A DNA stretch of 64,000 nt from Candidatus Thermosaccharophagus tengchongensis (GTDB lineage: Bacteria; Armatimonadota; Fervidibacteria; Fervidibacterales; Thermosaccharophagaceae). A model generated the notes under the pieces. The model did not search any database. It was not told the DNA's origin and was given only the letters and a program-made list of their open reading frames with translations. The translations under genes and the position numbers were made by a program. The stretch lies in assembly GCA_032161105.1 (NCBI GenBank), contig JAVHTD010000002.1. The stretch is one strand, 5' to 3'. Shown here piece by piece: positions 19,741 through 29,261 of the stretch (positions within the stretch are counted from its first letter, which is position 1; each line of letters opens with the position of its first letter).

Positions 19741-20820
19741 ATGCTGTATAAGGAGGATTGGGAAAAGGCACTGGAGCGTTGGGAGGCGTTCTGGCAAAGG
19801 GAAATCGTTGACCGACCTGTGATCTGTGTAACAGCTCCTCGCGAGAAGCCGCTGCCGCACAAACCCGTAAGAGCAGCGCATTCAATTGAACAGCGCTGGC
19901 TTGACATCTCGCTTCGTATTGAGATGGCTGAGGCGGAGTTTGCGTGCACATTCTATGGCGGTGAGGCATTTCCGAACTTCTGGTGCAACTTGGGTCCGGG
20001 ATACATGGCGACATTCATCGGGGCTGTGCCGAGGTTCACCGAAACAACGGTGTGGTTTGAAACGCCGATGGATTGGGACAGAGTTATGGAGTGCTTGCAC
20101 TATGATGAGCAAAACAAGTGGTGGCAGTTTGTGAGAAGCCTCACAGAGGAAGCAGCAAAGCACTTCCAAGGTAAAGCCTTCGTTGGCATGACCGACCTGG
20201 GTGGCGTCACCGACATACTTGCTTCGTTAAGGGGCACGCTCAACTTGCTTGAGGACTTTGTTATGGAACCGACGAAGGTGAGGAGGGCTTCAGAGCGCAT
20301 CACTCATCTTTGGTTTCGCTACTACGGTGAATTGGACGAACTGCTGCAAAGGTATATGTATGGGCGAAGTGCTTGGATGGGGCTTTGGTGCAGTGACACT
20401 TGGTATCCAATACAATGCGACTTCTCTTACATGATCTCGCCGAGGCAGTTTGAGGAACTTGTCTTGCCGTTTCTTGGAGAACAGTGCCGTTGGCTTGATC
20501 ACTCGGTTTACCACTGGGACGGTATTGGGCAGCTTGTGCACCTTGACCTGCTTCTGTCAATCCCTGAGCTGGATGCAATTCAATGGACTCCGGGAGCCGG
20601 AAAGCCGCCTGTGGATGACCCACAATGGTTTCCATACTACAAGCGCATACAGGACGCTGGGAAGGGAGTCGTGTTGCTCGGAGTTGCGCCGCAGAATGTT
20701 GAGAGAGTGTTAAGCGAGTTATCACCGAGGGGCTTGATGCTTAGCGTGCATTGCTCATCGGAGCAGGAAGCGAAAGATCTACTCAAGCTCGCCGAGAAGC
20801 TATGCGCAGCATCTCATTGA
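19741..20820 (+). CDS. Uroporphyrinogen decarboxylase/methyltransferase-like TIM-barrel protein
   Basis: LASLRG, QCDFSYMISP, YHWDG, IQWTPGAG motifs. Confidence 0.7.
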   Translation: MLYKEDWEKALERWEAFWQREIVDRPVICVTAPREKPLPHKPVRAAHSIEQRWLDISLRIEMAEAEFACTFYGGEAFPNFWCNLGPGYMATFIGAVPRFTETTVWFETPMDWDRVMECLHYDEQNKWWQFVRSLTEEAAKHFQGKAFVGMTDLGGVTDILASLRGTLNLLEDFVMEPTKVRRASERITHLWFRYYGELDELLQRYMYGRSAWMGLWCSDTWYPIQCDFSYMISPRQFEELVLPFLGEQCRWLDHSVYHWDGIGQLVHLDLLLSIPELDAIQWTPGAGKPPVDDPQWFPYYKRIQDAGKGVVLLGVAPQNVERVLSELSPRGLMLSVHCSSEQEAKDLLKLAEKLCAASH

Positions 20821-20943
20821 TGCTTTGGATAGTTCGTCAGGCGTGAGCGCGGTGATGGCAGGCGGTGCATTGCGCATGGTCATCTTGAGTTTGAGTTTCG
20901 CTCAATCGCTATGCGTATGGCTTCCCCTCACGGTGAAGTTGGG

Positions 20944-21393
20944 ATGCGCTGCATATACACAGTTGGGCACAGCACTCGCACACCTGAGGAGATGAAGCAT
21001 CTCCTTAAGACATACGGTATAGAGGTCGTTGTTGATGTGCGCCGTTTCCCAAAGAGCACCAAGTTCCCCCACTTCAATCGTGAGACAATTGAGGTGTGGC
21101 TGAGCGAGGCAGGCATCAAATATGTTTGGCTTGGGGGCAAGCTCGGCGGCTATAGGAAGGGCGGTTATGAAGCGTATATGAACACGCCGGACTTTGAGAG
21201 TGGCATACAGGAGTTGGAGCATATTGCCGAGGCGAATTCCAGCGCTGTAATGTGCGCTGAGCGTTTTCCTTGGAAGTGTCACCGAAGGTTTATAGGAGCG
21301 GCACTTCAAAATCGCGGTTGGAAAGTCATCCACATCATTGATGAAACTCGCGTCTGGGTCCCTCAAGGTGACAAAAGCCCTCATTCGCTTTGA
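20944..21393 (+). CDS. DUF488 domain protein
   Basis: IYTVGHSTR, VDVRRFP, LGGYR, MCAE..WKCHR. Confidence 0.88.
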   Translation: MRCIYTVGHSTRTPEEMKHLLKTYGIEVVVDVRRFPKSTKFPHFNRETIEVWLSEAGIKYVWLGGKLGGYRKGGYEAYMNTPDFESGIQELEHIAEANSSAVMCAERFPWKCHRRFIGAALQNRGWKVIHIIDETRVWVPQGDKSPHSL

Positions 21394-21578
21394 TCCGATT
21401 CGCGCCCCTCCTTCTCCGCTCTCTCTTGCTTTGGTGGCTCCTCATCTTCACGCACAGCGCGTTTGAACTCCCTTATGCCTTTGCCGAGAGCGCCCATAAG
21501 CTGGGGTAGGCGTGACGCGCCGAACAGCAGCACAATAGCGCCAGCAATGAGCAGCGCTTCCGTCACTCCGATTGACAT
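21381..21578 (-). CDS. tatA: Twin-arginine translocase TatA/E
   Basis: IVLLFGASRLPQLMGALGKGIREFK. Confidence 0.92.
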   Translation of the reverse strand: MSIGVTEALLIAGAIVLLFGASRLPQLMGALGKGIREFKRAVREDEEPPKQERAEKEGRESDQSE

Positions 21579-21705
21579 CGTCCCTCACCTCTGCATTACA
21601 TTGGATGTTTTTCGCCATCCGACCTCCCAAATCAACGGAGCATTAGCACCATATCCATTCAAGTCCCTCATGGGTTCAAGGCCAGTGCCGCAAACATGAC
21701 CCAAG

Positions 21706-22980
21706 TCAGTTATCCATCACCCTACCTTTGATATCCCTGTATGCGCAGACTTTGTTTCGCCCAGTTTGCTTAGCCACATACAGAGCCTTATCGGCGGCTT
21801 CAATCAACCCCACCGAATCTTGAGCATCCTCTGGGAAGGTTGCAACACCGGCACTTATTGTGATGTGCAACTTTTCTCCCTCACGCGATTCAAAGGCAGT
21901 CTGCTCAACTGCTCTGCGGATGCGCTCTGCAAGCGCGAGCGCTCCGTTTAAATCCGTGTATGCGCAAATGATCAAGAATTCCTCCCCACCATACCTTCCC
22001 ACCAAATCGGACGCACGAGCTATATTGGTCAATAGCCTTGCCAACCCTTGGAGAACCCTATCGCCCGTCAGATGACCGTGTATATCGTTGAATCTTTTGA
22101 AGTGGTCTATGTCTAACATGACGGCGGAGAGTGGGTAGTTGTAGCGCTTTGCCCTCGCAAATTCAATCTCAAGATGCCTCTCAATGTGCCGCCTGTTTGC
22201 GATCCCAGTTAGGGCGTCCGTTAAGGAAAGCCTTTCCATCTGCTCATAAAGCCTTGCTCGCTCAAGTGCAATGGCAGCTTGCTGTGCAATCAGTTCAAGC
22301 GATCGCAGGTCGGACATAGTGAACCTGCGTTTGCTATCCTCAACTAAAAGGACACCCTGAACACCTTTCGTGGAAGTCAGCGGGACGCACATGAGCGATA
22401 GCGAAGTGGAATTGAATCTCCCCCCATTGGGTGGGGGTAGTATGAACGGCTTTCCAGTTAACGCTGCACGCGCAACTACTCCATCTTGGTCACTCATAAG
22501 CGAGTATCGTCTCTGGGGGCGTTTCTCACTGTGCGGATGTGAGGCGACTTCCTCAAGATGCTGTCCGTCATCTGAGACCATGAATACACGCCCCGTCTCT
22601 GCGCCGAACATTTGAATAACCTCATCAAGCAGTGTCTTTGCGACTCCGTCGGCATCCGGCGCTGCTGCGATTGATTTAAGCACCTCGGTGAGCCTTTGGA
22701 GTTGCACCATCAGTTCGTTCAGTTCCTTTATTTCTTGGCGCATGTTCACAATGGTTGTTCGCGCCTCAGCGACCTCACCTTGAAGGCGCTCCATGCGCCT
22801 CTCAACAACCTCGGTGCAGACCCACAGGAACAGAGCCACAGTCAATGCTATGGCAGTTGAGAGAGCGCCCATTATTAGTGCAAAGGCACCCTCACCGAAT
22901 GTGCCAACTGCGGCGCATATTGCGCATCCAAACAACACTATGGAGAGCACTTTTAATCGCTCGGATGAGATGCGTTCCAT
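21706..22980 (-). CDS. Membrane-anchored GAF-GGDEF diguanylate cyclase
   Basis: Two TM helices, coiled coil, GAF, TDALTGIANRR, DIDHFK, RASD I-site, GGEEF. Confidence 0.92.
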   Translation of the reverse strand: MERISSERLKVLSIVLFGCAICAAVGTFGEGAFALIMGALSTAIALTVALFLWVCTEVVERRMERLQGEVAEARTTIVNMRQEIKELNELMVQLQRLTEVLKSIAAAPDADGVAKTLLDEVIQMFGAETGRVFMVSDDGQHLEEVASHPHSEKRPQRRYSLMSDQDGVVARAALTGKPFILPPPNGGRFNSTSLSLMCVPLTSTKGVQGVLLVEDSKRRFTMSDLRSLELIAQQAAIALERARLYEQMERLSLTDALTGIANRRHIERHLEIEFARAKRYNYPLSAVMLDIDHFKRFNDIHGHLTGDRVLQGLARLLTNIARASDLVGRYGGEEFLIICAYTDLNGALALAERIRRAVEQTAFESREGEKLHITISAGVATFPEDAQDSVGLIEAADKALYVAKQTGRNKVCAYRDIKGRVMDN

Positions 22981-23165
22981 TCACTTCACCGTGAAGGCTC
23001 CAATTGATGAGTGATGCTGTCATAAAGTATGCCGCCATGCAGTGGCTTTTGCTTTGGCAATTGCCTCTGGCAGCCTATCCCCTAAGTTTGCAATCGTGCG
23101 GCGTGTGCGCAATAATAAAGTGTGAAGCCAACTGCAGCCTGCCAAAATTCAATCCCACCGCTCAT

Positions 23166-23250
23166 GCCGACGTGGCGGAAATGGCAGACGCGCTGGCCTC
23201 AGGAGCCAGTGGGCAAAAAGCCCGTGCGGGTTCGACTCCCGCCGTCGGCA
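23166..23250 (+). tRNA. tRNA-Leu(CAG)
   Basis: GCCGACGTGGCGGAAATGGCAGACGCGCTGGCCTCAGGAGCCAGT, long variable arm, GGTTCGACTCC. Confidence 0.95.
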
Positions 23251-23273
23251 TATTTTGTTTGCCACCGAGTCGC

Positions 23274-24044
23274 TCATTTCCGTTGCCCCTTGTAGCTGCG
23301 CTTAACTATCACTTCCCATTGGCGTTCGCCATGCAAGCGGGAGCAAATCACATAATGCCCATCATCCTCAAGCGCCTCTGGAAGCTGCTTTAATGAGCGC
23401 TCGCAGTCAAATACGATGCTCACCACTTGCCCGGGCTGCATGCGTTCAAGCTCCTCTTTCGCCCGTATGATGCTGAATGGCAATACCTCGCCCCTCAAAT
23501 CAATCTGCGCATCTGGATTTGCATTGGCAGCGGGCGCGCCGGCGTGGATGAATGCATCATCAACCACAACGATATCAAGTTCCGTGAAGCCATTCACATG
23601 TCCGTCTGCTACTTCTCCGGTGTATCGCCACGCCCGAGCTGCTGTCACTTCACCATTAGACACGCTCACGATCAGGTAAACCAAACTTTCCCATGCCGAT
23701 TTGGAATCAGTCAAGGACGGGATGGGCGGCACATTCGGATGCGAATGATAAACCCCGATCCAATCAGCGCCCTGTGCCTTTGCCCCAGTTATGGCTGTGA
23801 GTATCACATGTGGTTCAATCTCGTATCTGTCACTCTTTTGCCCTTTGTGGGCATTTCTTGCCGAGAACGCCTTTATAACTCCCCATGTGGTCTCATCAAT
23901 CTTTCTTCCGATGAGCAGCCCACAGCACTCATTTGGGTAGGTGAGAAGGGAGTGCACTTTGATTCTGGTATATGCTGACAGCGGCAGCAGCACCTGTCCT
24001 TTGCGCATTGCGCCATTCACAAATGCGCTCTTGGTGTCGTCCAT
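23274..24044 (-). CDS. JAMM/MPN+ (M67) metallopeptidase fused to a TusA/SirA-like domain
   Basis: YPNECCGLL, YHSHP...PSLTD; C-terminal IDLRGEVLPF...AKEELERMQPGQ. Confidence 0.85.
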   Translation of the reverse strand: MDDTKSAFVNGAMRKGQVLLPLSAYTRIKVHSLLTYPNECCGLLIGRKIDETTWGVIKAFSARNAHKGQKSDRYEIEPHVILTAITGAKAQGADWIGVYHSHPNVPPIPSLTDSKSAWESLVYLIVSVSNGEVTAARAWRYTGEVADGHVNGFTELDIVVVDDAFIHAGAPAANANPDAQIDLRGEVLPFSIIRAKEELERMQPGQVVSIVFDCERSLKQLPEALEDDGHYVICSRLHGERQWEVIVKRSYKGQRK

Positions 24045-24283
24045 TCAAACACCCTCCTTAATGTGGTTTAACCCGCGCCGAGATGCTGCCCTGCTTATGC
24101 TCGCACTATCTGATGCGATGAGGATTAGCCAAAACTCATGCATGACACCCATCATCATGCTAAGCTTTGATTTGATGAATGTTCGCTACCTCAGTGTATC
24201 GCGCGGAGGGCAGCGAGGCGAAACCTTTTAAGCGTCTCGTCGTCTAATGACATTGGCACATTGTTGGTGGCTTTCAACCCGTG

Positions 24284-24313
24284 TTGACGGAGGGATAACT
24301 GTTCGGGTATAAT
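24284..24313 (+). promoter_or_regulatory. sigma70-type promoter upstream of the sigma factor gene
   Basis: TTGACG-18 nt-TATAAT. Confidence 0.6.
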
Positions 24314-24624
24314 TAGGAAGTGACCGTATGCCACTTCCGAGCGATGAACCATTCCAATTCAAAAGGCGAAGCTTGTCTCCCAAAGAGTGAAGTGTGGCGG
24401 TCGCTGCGTCTATAAGGCAGATGGCAGCGACGCTCGCAAATGCTGCGCTGTGTTACATGAGCCGCTCTTAAAGTGCCAATCTGAAGTTGAGGGGCAAAGA
24501 GGGGATTTGCCGTGTGAGACAAGGCGGTTTGTTGACTGCACAGAGCAAAATCACCTATCCAGTTGCAGTGAGCTGTGATGGCACTTAATGTTGCCTGTCT
24601 GATAGCCATTTGGAGGTGACGAAA

Positions 24625-26409
24625 GTGACGAAAAGTAAATCGGGGGGCACTGCCAAAGTAGCGGTGACAAGCACTTCTGGTGGTGCTCGCTCAAGTTCTA
24701 TTGGGGCGAAGAGGGCACAAGGTAGCTCAAAGGTAAGGGCTAATGGTAAGGTCAATCCAAAAGGGCACAACGCTGTCTCTGCTTCGGTTAGCTCCGCAAG
24801 GAAGCAGTTGCGCAGTGGCAATGGTGGAGTGGGTTTGACCAAAACGGCTGCTGAGAAGGGGCGAAAGGGTGTCTCATCCACCGATGTGAAACTCAAAATC
24901 ATGGGCGTTCAAGCAGCTGGAGGTAGCCAATCAGGAACTCGTGCCACGACAGCTAAGGAAAGGCGTAAGTTGGATACTGGCACGCGAAAGGCAAGCAGCT
25001 CAAATGGGGCTGGAGTTAGGCGCAAGGCGTTGGAAAGCATCATAAAGGGAAGGGAAAAGCTCATCAAGGCTAAGTCAGAGGCGCTTTTATCAAGGAAGCT
25101 TCGCAAGGGGTCTTCCAATGGGTCAACAGCTAAAGCTGCGCCAACTAAGGGCGTGCGAAAAGCAGCGCCAAAGAGGTCAGTTAAGGGAGGGCAATTATCG
25201 GTGGCAAAGATCAAAGTCGCAAGTGGCGAAAAGGAAGCCATCGCAAAGAGAACAGGATCAATTAAGGCTTCACAGGAAGCGCCACTGAGCACAGTCAAAG
25301 CGAAGGGGGAAAGAAGGTCATCACTGAAAGGCTCGTCAAGGCGAGTTAGGGCGCCTTTGTCAGCTCCAACGATGGAGCTGGTAGAGTCGGGTGAGAGATG
25401 GGAGATAGAACCCGAGACCGAGGGCACATTTAAAATCGGCGAACCTGTGGGTGGCATTAAGGTTGACGGTGGGGATGGCACTTTCTTCTCTGAGGATGAA
25501 ATTGAGGCGCTGTTGAATTCAAATGAGGCGCTGTTTGCCTACAAGCCCTCAAGGAGACAGCGTTCTGGCATACCTGATGCCATGACCCTGTGGGGGCGAG
25601 AGTTGCACAAGCGTCCGCTGTTAACGCATGAGCAGGAAGTGGAACTTGCAAAGCGCATGGAGAAGGGTGATGAGGAGGCAAGGCGCATCTTCATTGAGTC
25701 AAACTATCGTCTCGTTGTGAGCATAGCTCAAAAGTATCGTGGCTGTGGCGTCCCGCTTGAGGATTTGATACAAGCTGGCAACATCGGCTTGATACAAGCC
25801 GTTGACCATTACGATTGGCGGCAGGGGACGAGGTTTTCCACATGCGCCGTCATGTGGATTAGGCAGGCAATACTTCGTGCGATTGACTCGCATGCCAGAA
25901 TAGTCCGCCTGTCAATGCGCGTCTCTGAGCAAGTTCACAGGGTGGCAGCGGCAAGGCAAGCTCTCATTCGTGAGCTTGGGAGAGATCCGACAATTGACGA
26001 GATCGCAAGGCGAACACGCCTCTCAAGGGAGCGCGTGAAGGAGCTCATGGGCTACATGGCTCAAAGGGTTATCTCAATTGATGACCCATTAGACATGGCA
26101 GACGGGCTTGATGTTGATGAGGTGCCATCCTTCTCCGAGTATCTTGCTGATGACCAGTCCAACAACCCAGAAGAGGTCATAGCTAACCGCGAGATGAAGA
26201 AGGTCATTGAGGAAGCGATAAAGGAGTTGCCCGATAGAACACAGCACGCCCTCAAACTGCGCTTTGGCTTTGAAGACGGCGTAATGCATACCTACGATGA
26301 GATTGGTTACCAACTCGGCTTGAGTAGGCAAAGGGCAATGCAGCTTGTCCAGTTGGGGTTGCAGCAGCTTCGCGAGCACCCCAAGGTTAAGATGCTGTTC
26401 TTGAATTAG
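24625..26409 (+). CDS. Sigma-70 family RNA polymerase sigma factor with long basic N-terminal extension
   Basis: LLTHEQEVELAKR, NYRLVVSIAQKY, DLIQAGNIGL, WIRQAI, region 4 LRFG; GGAGG before the GTG at 24625. Confidence 0.88.
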   Translation: MTKSKSGGTAKVAVTSTSGGARSSSIGAKRAQGSSKVRANGKVNPKGHNAVSASVSSARKQLRSGNGGVGLTKTAAEKGRKGVSSTDVKLKIMGVQAAGGSQSGTRATTAKERRKLDTGTRKASSSNGAGVRRKALESIIKGREKLIKAKSEALLSRKLRKGSSNGSTAKAAPTKGVRKAAPKRSVKGGQLSVAKIKVASGEKEAIAKRTGSIKASQEAPLSTVKAKGERRSSLKGSSRRVRAPLSAPTMELVESGERWEIEPETEGTFKIGEPVGGIKVDGGDGTFFSEDEIEALLNSNEALFAYKPSRRQRSGIPDAMTLWGRELHKRPLLTHEQEVELAKRMEKGDEEARRIFIESNYRLVVSIAQKYRGCGVPLEDLIQAGNIGLIQAVDHYDWRQGTRFSTCAVMWIRQAILRAIDSHARIVRLSMRVSEQVHRVAAARQALIRELGRDPTIDEIARRTRLSRERVKELMGYMAQRVISIDDPLDMADGLDVDEVPSFSEYLADDQSNNPEEVIANREMKKVIEEAIKELPDRTQHALKLRFGFEDGVMHTYDEIGYQLGLSRQRAMQLVQLGLQQLREHPKVKMLFLN

Positions 26410-26447
26410 GTAGCTATCAACATCGCCCGCAAGGCGAATAACTGGAG

Positions 26448-27395
26448 CTAATGCGTCCGCCTGTGGTTTAACTTGGCGAGAGCCTGTTTGCGTATTCCTT
26501 CCGCCCTCTCAAAGTAATTTCGCAATGGCTCAAGTTCAAACTCGGCGACGATCTCGCTTGCGCTCTTGTCAGGCATGTGTGAGACGAGAATGCACTTTCC
26601 CTCAGGAGAGGCGACATCTATTTCAACGCCCGCTTTGTAGCGCTCCTTTATAGCTGCAAACTTTGCATGGTTGTAATCAAGGTGCAACACGACGGCATCA
26701 AGGTTGAGCGTCTTTGTGATGATGGGTTGATAAGGCTGCGATGTGACAATGACTCTCCCAAGCGGATCTACTATCATGCTCCCGTAAGAAGTGCATGCCG
26801 ATGCCATGAAGACGCTATAGTCGTGAGCCCATATGCGCATTTGAAGCCCGCCGAGATACATTGAGCAGAAGAAGACCAGCTCAACCCCTTTCTTCGCCAT
26901 CCCTTCAATCACATCTCTGAAGTTCAGGTCAAAGCATATGGCGCAGCCCATTTTCCCGAAGTCCGCCTCAACGACCATGGCTTCAATTCCCGGTATGACG
27001 CCCGAGTTTATTTCCTCAATCGTTGGGTGCATCTTGTGATATTTCGCTACGACATTCCCATTTCGGTCTATGAAGGCTGCCGAATTTCGTATCCCGACAT
27101 CATCTCGCTCAACGAATGGGCATATAACCCAACACCTGTGCTTCACTGCAAGCTCGCTAAATGTCCTCACTACTTGTCCGTTGACTGTCTCTGCAACTTG
27201 CTCCCATTGATTGATGGGCACGCCGAGGAAAGCGAAAGCTTCTGGGAGGGCAACTATGTCTGGCGCATCCAAAATAGCCCTGTTGAACAATTCCACTGCT
27301 GCCTCCAAGTTGCTTTTGACCTTTGCTTTTGGGTCTGTCGCTGCTTGATGGGCACCGCCAAAGGTTATCGTGGAGACACGAACATACCTTGCCAT
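26448..27395 (-). CDS. Carbon-nitrogen hydrolase (nitrilase superfamily)
   Basis: Catalytic triad motifs LPE, YHKMH, ICFD. Confidence 0.88.
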   Translation of the reverse strand: MARYVRVSTITFGGAHQAATDPKAKVKSNLEAAVELFNRAILDAPDIVALPEAFAFLGVPINQWEQVAETVNGQVVRTFSELAVKHRCWVICPFVERDDVGIRNSAAFIDRNGNVVAKYHKMHPTIEEINSGVIPGIEAMVVEADFGKMGCAICFDLNFRDVIEGMAKKGVELVFFCSMYLGGLQMRIWAHDYSVFMASACTSYGSMIVDPLGRVIVTSQPYQPIITKTLNLDAVVLHLDYNHAKFAAIKERYKAGVEIDVASPEGKCILVSHMPDKSASEIVAEFELEPLRNYFERAEGIRKQALAKLNHRRTH

Positions 27396-27518
27396 TCTCT
27401 CCACCCCCGTCTCGTTCACAATCGCCCTCAGCCACAATTTAGCACGACCCGAATGTTAGCGCACACATAAGTAGCGGTCAAATGCTTTCGGAGATTGGAA
27501 CACCGGCGCACATGCTCC

Positions 27519-27547
27519 TTTACAGTCACAGTTAGTGGCGTCATAAT
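27519..27547 (+). promoter_or_regulatory. sigma70-type promoter
   Basis: TTTACA-17 nt-CATAAT. Confidence 0.45.
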
Positions 27548-27748
27548 GAAAAATGAAGCGCCTGCTTGTAAGGACCACACCGAACTCCGTGTGGGAGGAT
27601 TTCCCTAAATGAGACGGCGGTTTCACTTTTTCGGTAAAGGGTCAGGCAGGATACCCATTGTGGGCGCTGCAGTGGTATGCCCCATGCCATCCGGCGATTG
27701 TGCTCCCTATCTCGGCACAAAATCCAGCCTTGAAGGGGGAGTTGCGTC

Positions 27749-27964
27749 ATGTTCACCAACTTGTTTGTATTCGGTCCAAATGGTCAGCTCATTCGTAAGG
27801 AAGAACGCCCTCTTCAGCGCCCGAGATGTGGTATGTGTGGGCGCCCGATAAAGACGATGCTTCCCGGGACACCGGTTCCAAGCTCGGTGTTGCTGTGTCG
27901 TGAATGCAGCAACAAAGGTGTGCATACCAAAGCGTTTTACAACGATCAGAAGAGCAGGCGCTAA
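27749..27964 (+). CDS. Small zinc-ribbon protein
   Basis: 71 aa with CGMC...CREC; purine-rich RBS GAAGGGGGAG upstream. Confidence 0.6.
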   Translation: MFTNLFVFGPNGQLIRKEERPLQRPRCGMCGRPIKTMLPGTPVPSSVLLCRECSNKGVHTKAFYNDQKSRR

Positions 27965-28105
27965 TTAAATTGGACGATAAGAACAGTTAATGCCAGCCGG
28001 GGTAAAACGAGTTAGCCAAATCACAGGGGGGCTGGCACTTTCCTTCAGCAGTCACAGGCGAGAAGTGTGAGCACTCCTTCACTTAGTGAGGAAGTGCTCC
28101 ATTGA

Positions 28106-28978
28106 CTATGGCACAACCTTGTTGAGTTGGTATTCAACGATGTCGCATGCACCTGCCGCCTTCAACTTTGGAATTAACTCCCTAACAATGCGCTCATCCA
28201 CTACCGCTTCCACAGCATACCAGCCTTCCTCTGCAAGTGGTGATATGGTTGGTTGGCGCATAGCTGGGAGAAGTGCAACGACGCTCTTTAAGTTCTCGTG
28301 AGAAACATTGAGTTTGATCCCGACCTTCTGTTGAGCCAACAGAGCTCCCTTCAGCATAAGGGCTATTTGCTCAAGCTTAGAGCGCTTCCATTCGTCGGAC
28401 CACGCATGCTTGCTCGCTATCAGCTTTGCGTTTGACTCAAGTATCGTTTCAATGATGCGCAGGTTGTTTGCGAGCAGTGTCGTCCCAGTCTCCGTCAAGT
28501 CAGCGATAGCATCCACAAGCTCTGGCACTTTCGCCTCAGTTGAACCCCAAGAGTATTCAACATGGGCATTTATACCCCTCGCTTGCAAAAACTTTCGGAC
28601 TGTGTTTGGGAGCTCAGTGGCAATTCGCTTCCCCTCTAAATCCTCAACTCGTTGATATGGTGAATCGTTATGCACGGCTATGACAAGGCGCACTTTTCCC
28701 AAGCCCTGTTTTGAGTAAACCAGATCGGCAACTTCAATCACATCCGCCTCGTTTTCAACGATCTGGTCATATCCGGTTATGCCGCCATCCAAGATCCCGT
28801 CATGGACATAGCGCGGTATCTCCTGCGCCCTCAATAGGATGGCTCTTATCTCAGGGTCATCAATTGTTGGGAAGTGAGAGCGTGGCTGAATGTGCACATT
28901 CCATCCGGCCATCTTGAAAAGCTGCAGTGTGGCGTCTTGTAAACTGCCCTTTGGCAGAGCAAATTTTAACTGTGGCAC
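28106..28978 (-). CDS. hisG: ATP phosphoribosyltransferase, long form
   Basis: ALPKGSL, RAQEIP, GSTEAK, DLTETGTTL, PTISPL regulatory domain. Confidence 0.95.
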   Translation of the reverse strand: MPQLKFALPKGSLQDATLQLFKMAGWNVHIQPRSHFPTIDDPEIRAILLRAQEIPRYVHDGILDGGITGYDQIVENEADVIEVADLVYSKQGLGKVRLVIAVHNDSPYQRVEDLEGKRIATELPNTVRKFLQARGINAHVEYSWGSTEAKVPELVDAIADLTETGTTLLANNLRIIETILESNAKLIASKHAWSDEWKRSKLEQIALMLKGALLAQQKVGIKLNVSHENLKSVVALLPAMRQPTISPLAEEGWYAVEAVVDERIVRELIPKLKAAGACDIVEYQLNKVVP

Positions 28979-29261
28979 ATTGCTTCACCCCTTCTCTTGC
29001 TTTGTCCCTCGGGAGATAAAATTTCCCTCTTGTGCTCATGCGGCATGTGTCACTGGCTGATGCGGCGAAACTCACATGCAAAGTATGTCGCACGGGCTTA
29101 ACTCGCCCTGTGAGCAATTAGGGTGAGTGATTTTCAAGTTCAGCTGCCCGAAGCGTTGACGGCGCGGGTAATCGTGTGGTATCATTTCAGTTGAGGGTGT
29201 GCTCACCTGATGGCGCTGTTTACATACGGTCAAAGAGGCAGCGAATGTCGCCGCACGATGG

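Noticed and set aside
20902..21384. 160-aa minus-strand ORF
   Set aside because: Antisense to the DUF488 gene
19485..23250. Possible genomic island between tRNA-Glu and tRNA-Leu
   Set aside because: No integrase, no duplicated tRNA 3' end, ordinary composition
23004..23393. 129-aa plus-strand ORF
   Set aside because: Spans tRNA-Leu and runs antisense to the JAMM-TusA gene
27609..27851. 80-aa ORF overlapping the Zn-ribbon gene
   Set aside because: No motif; the alternative frame has an RBS and paired CxxC motifs
27991..28037. TGCCAGCC/GGCTGGCA inverted repeat resembling the 46080 hairpin
   Set aside because: Only 8 bp with a ~31-nt loop; too little similarity to call a repeat family
28980..29260. 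His attenuator or T-box upstream of hisG
   Set aside because: Short hairpins only; no His-codon leader peptide or T-box motif seen
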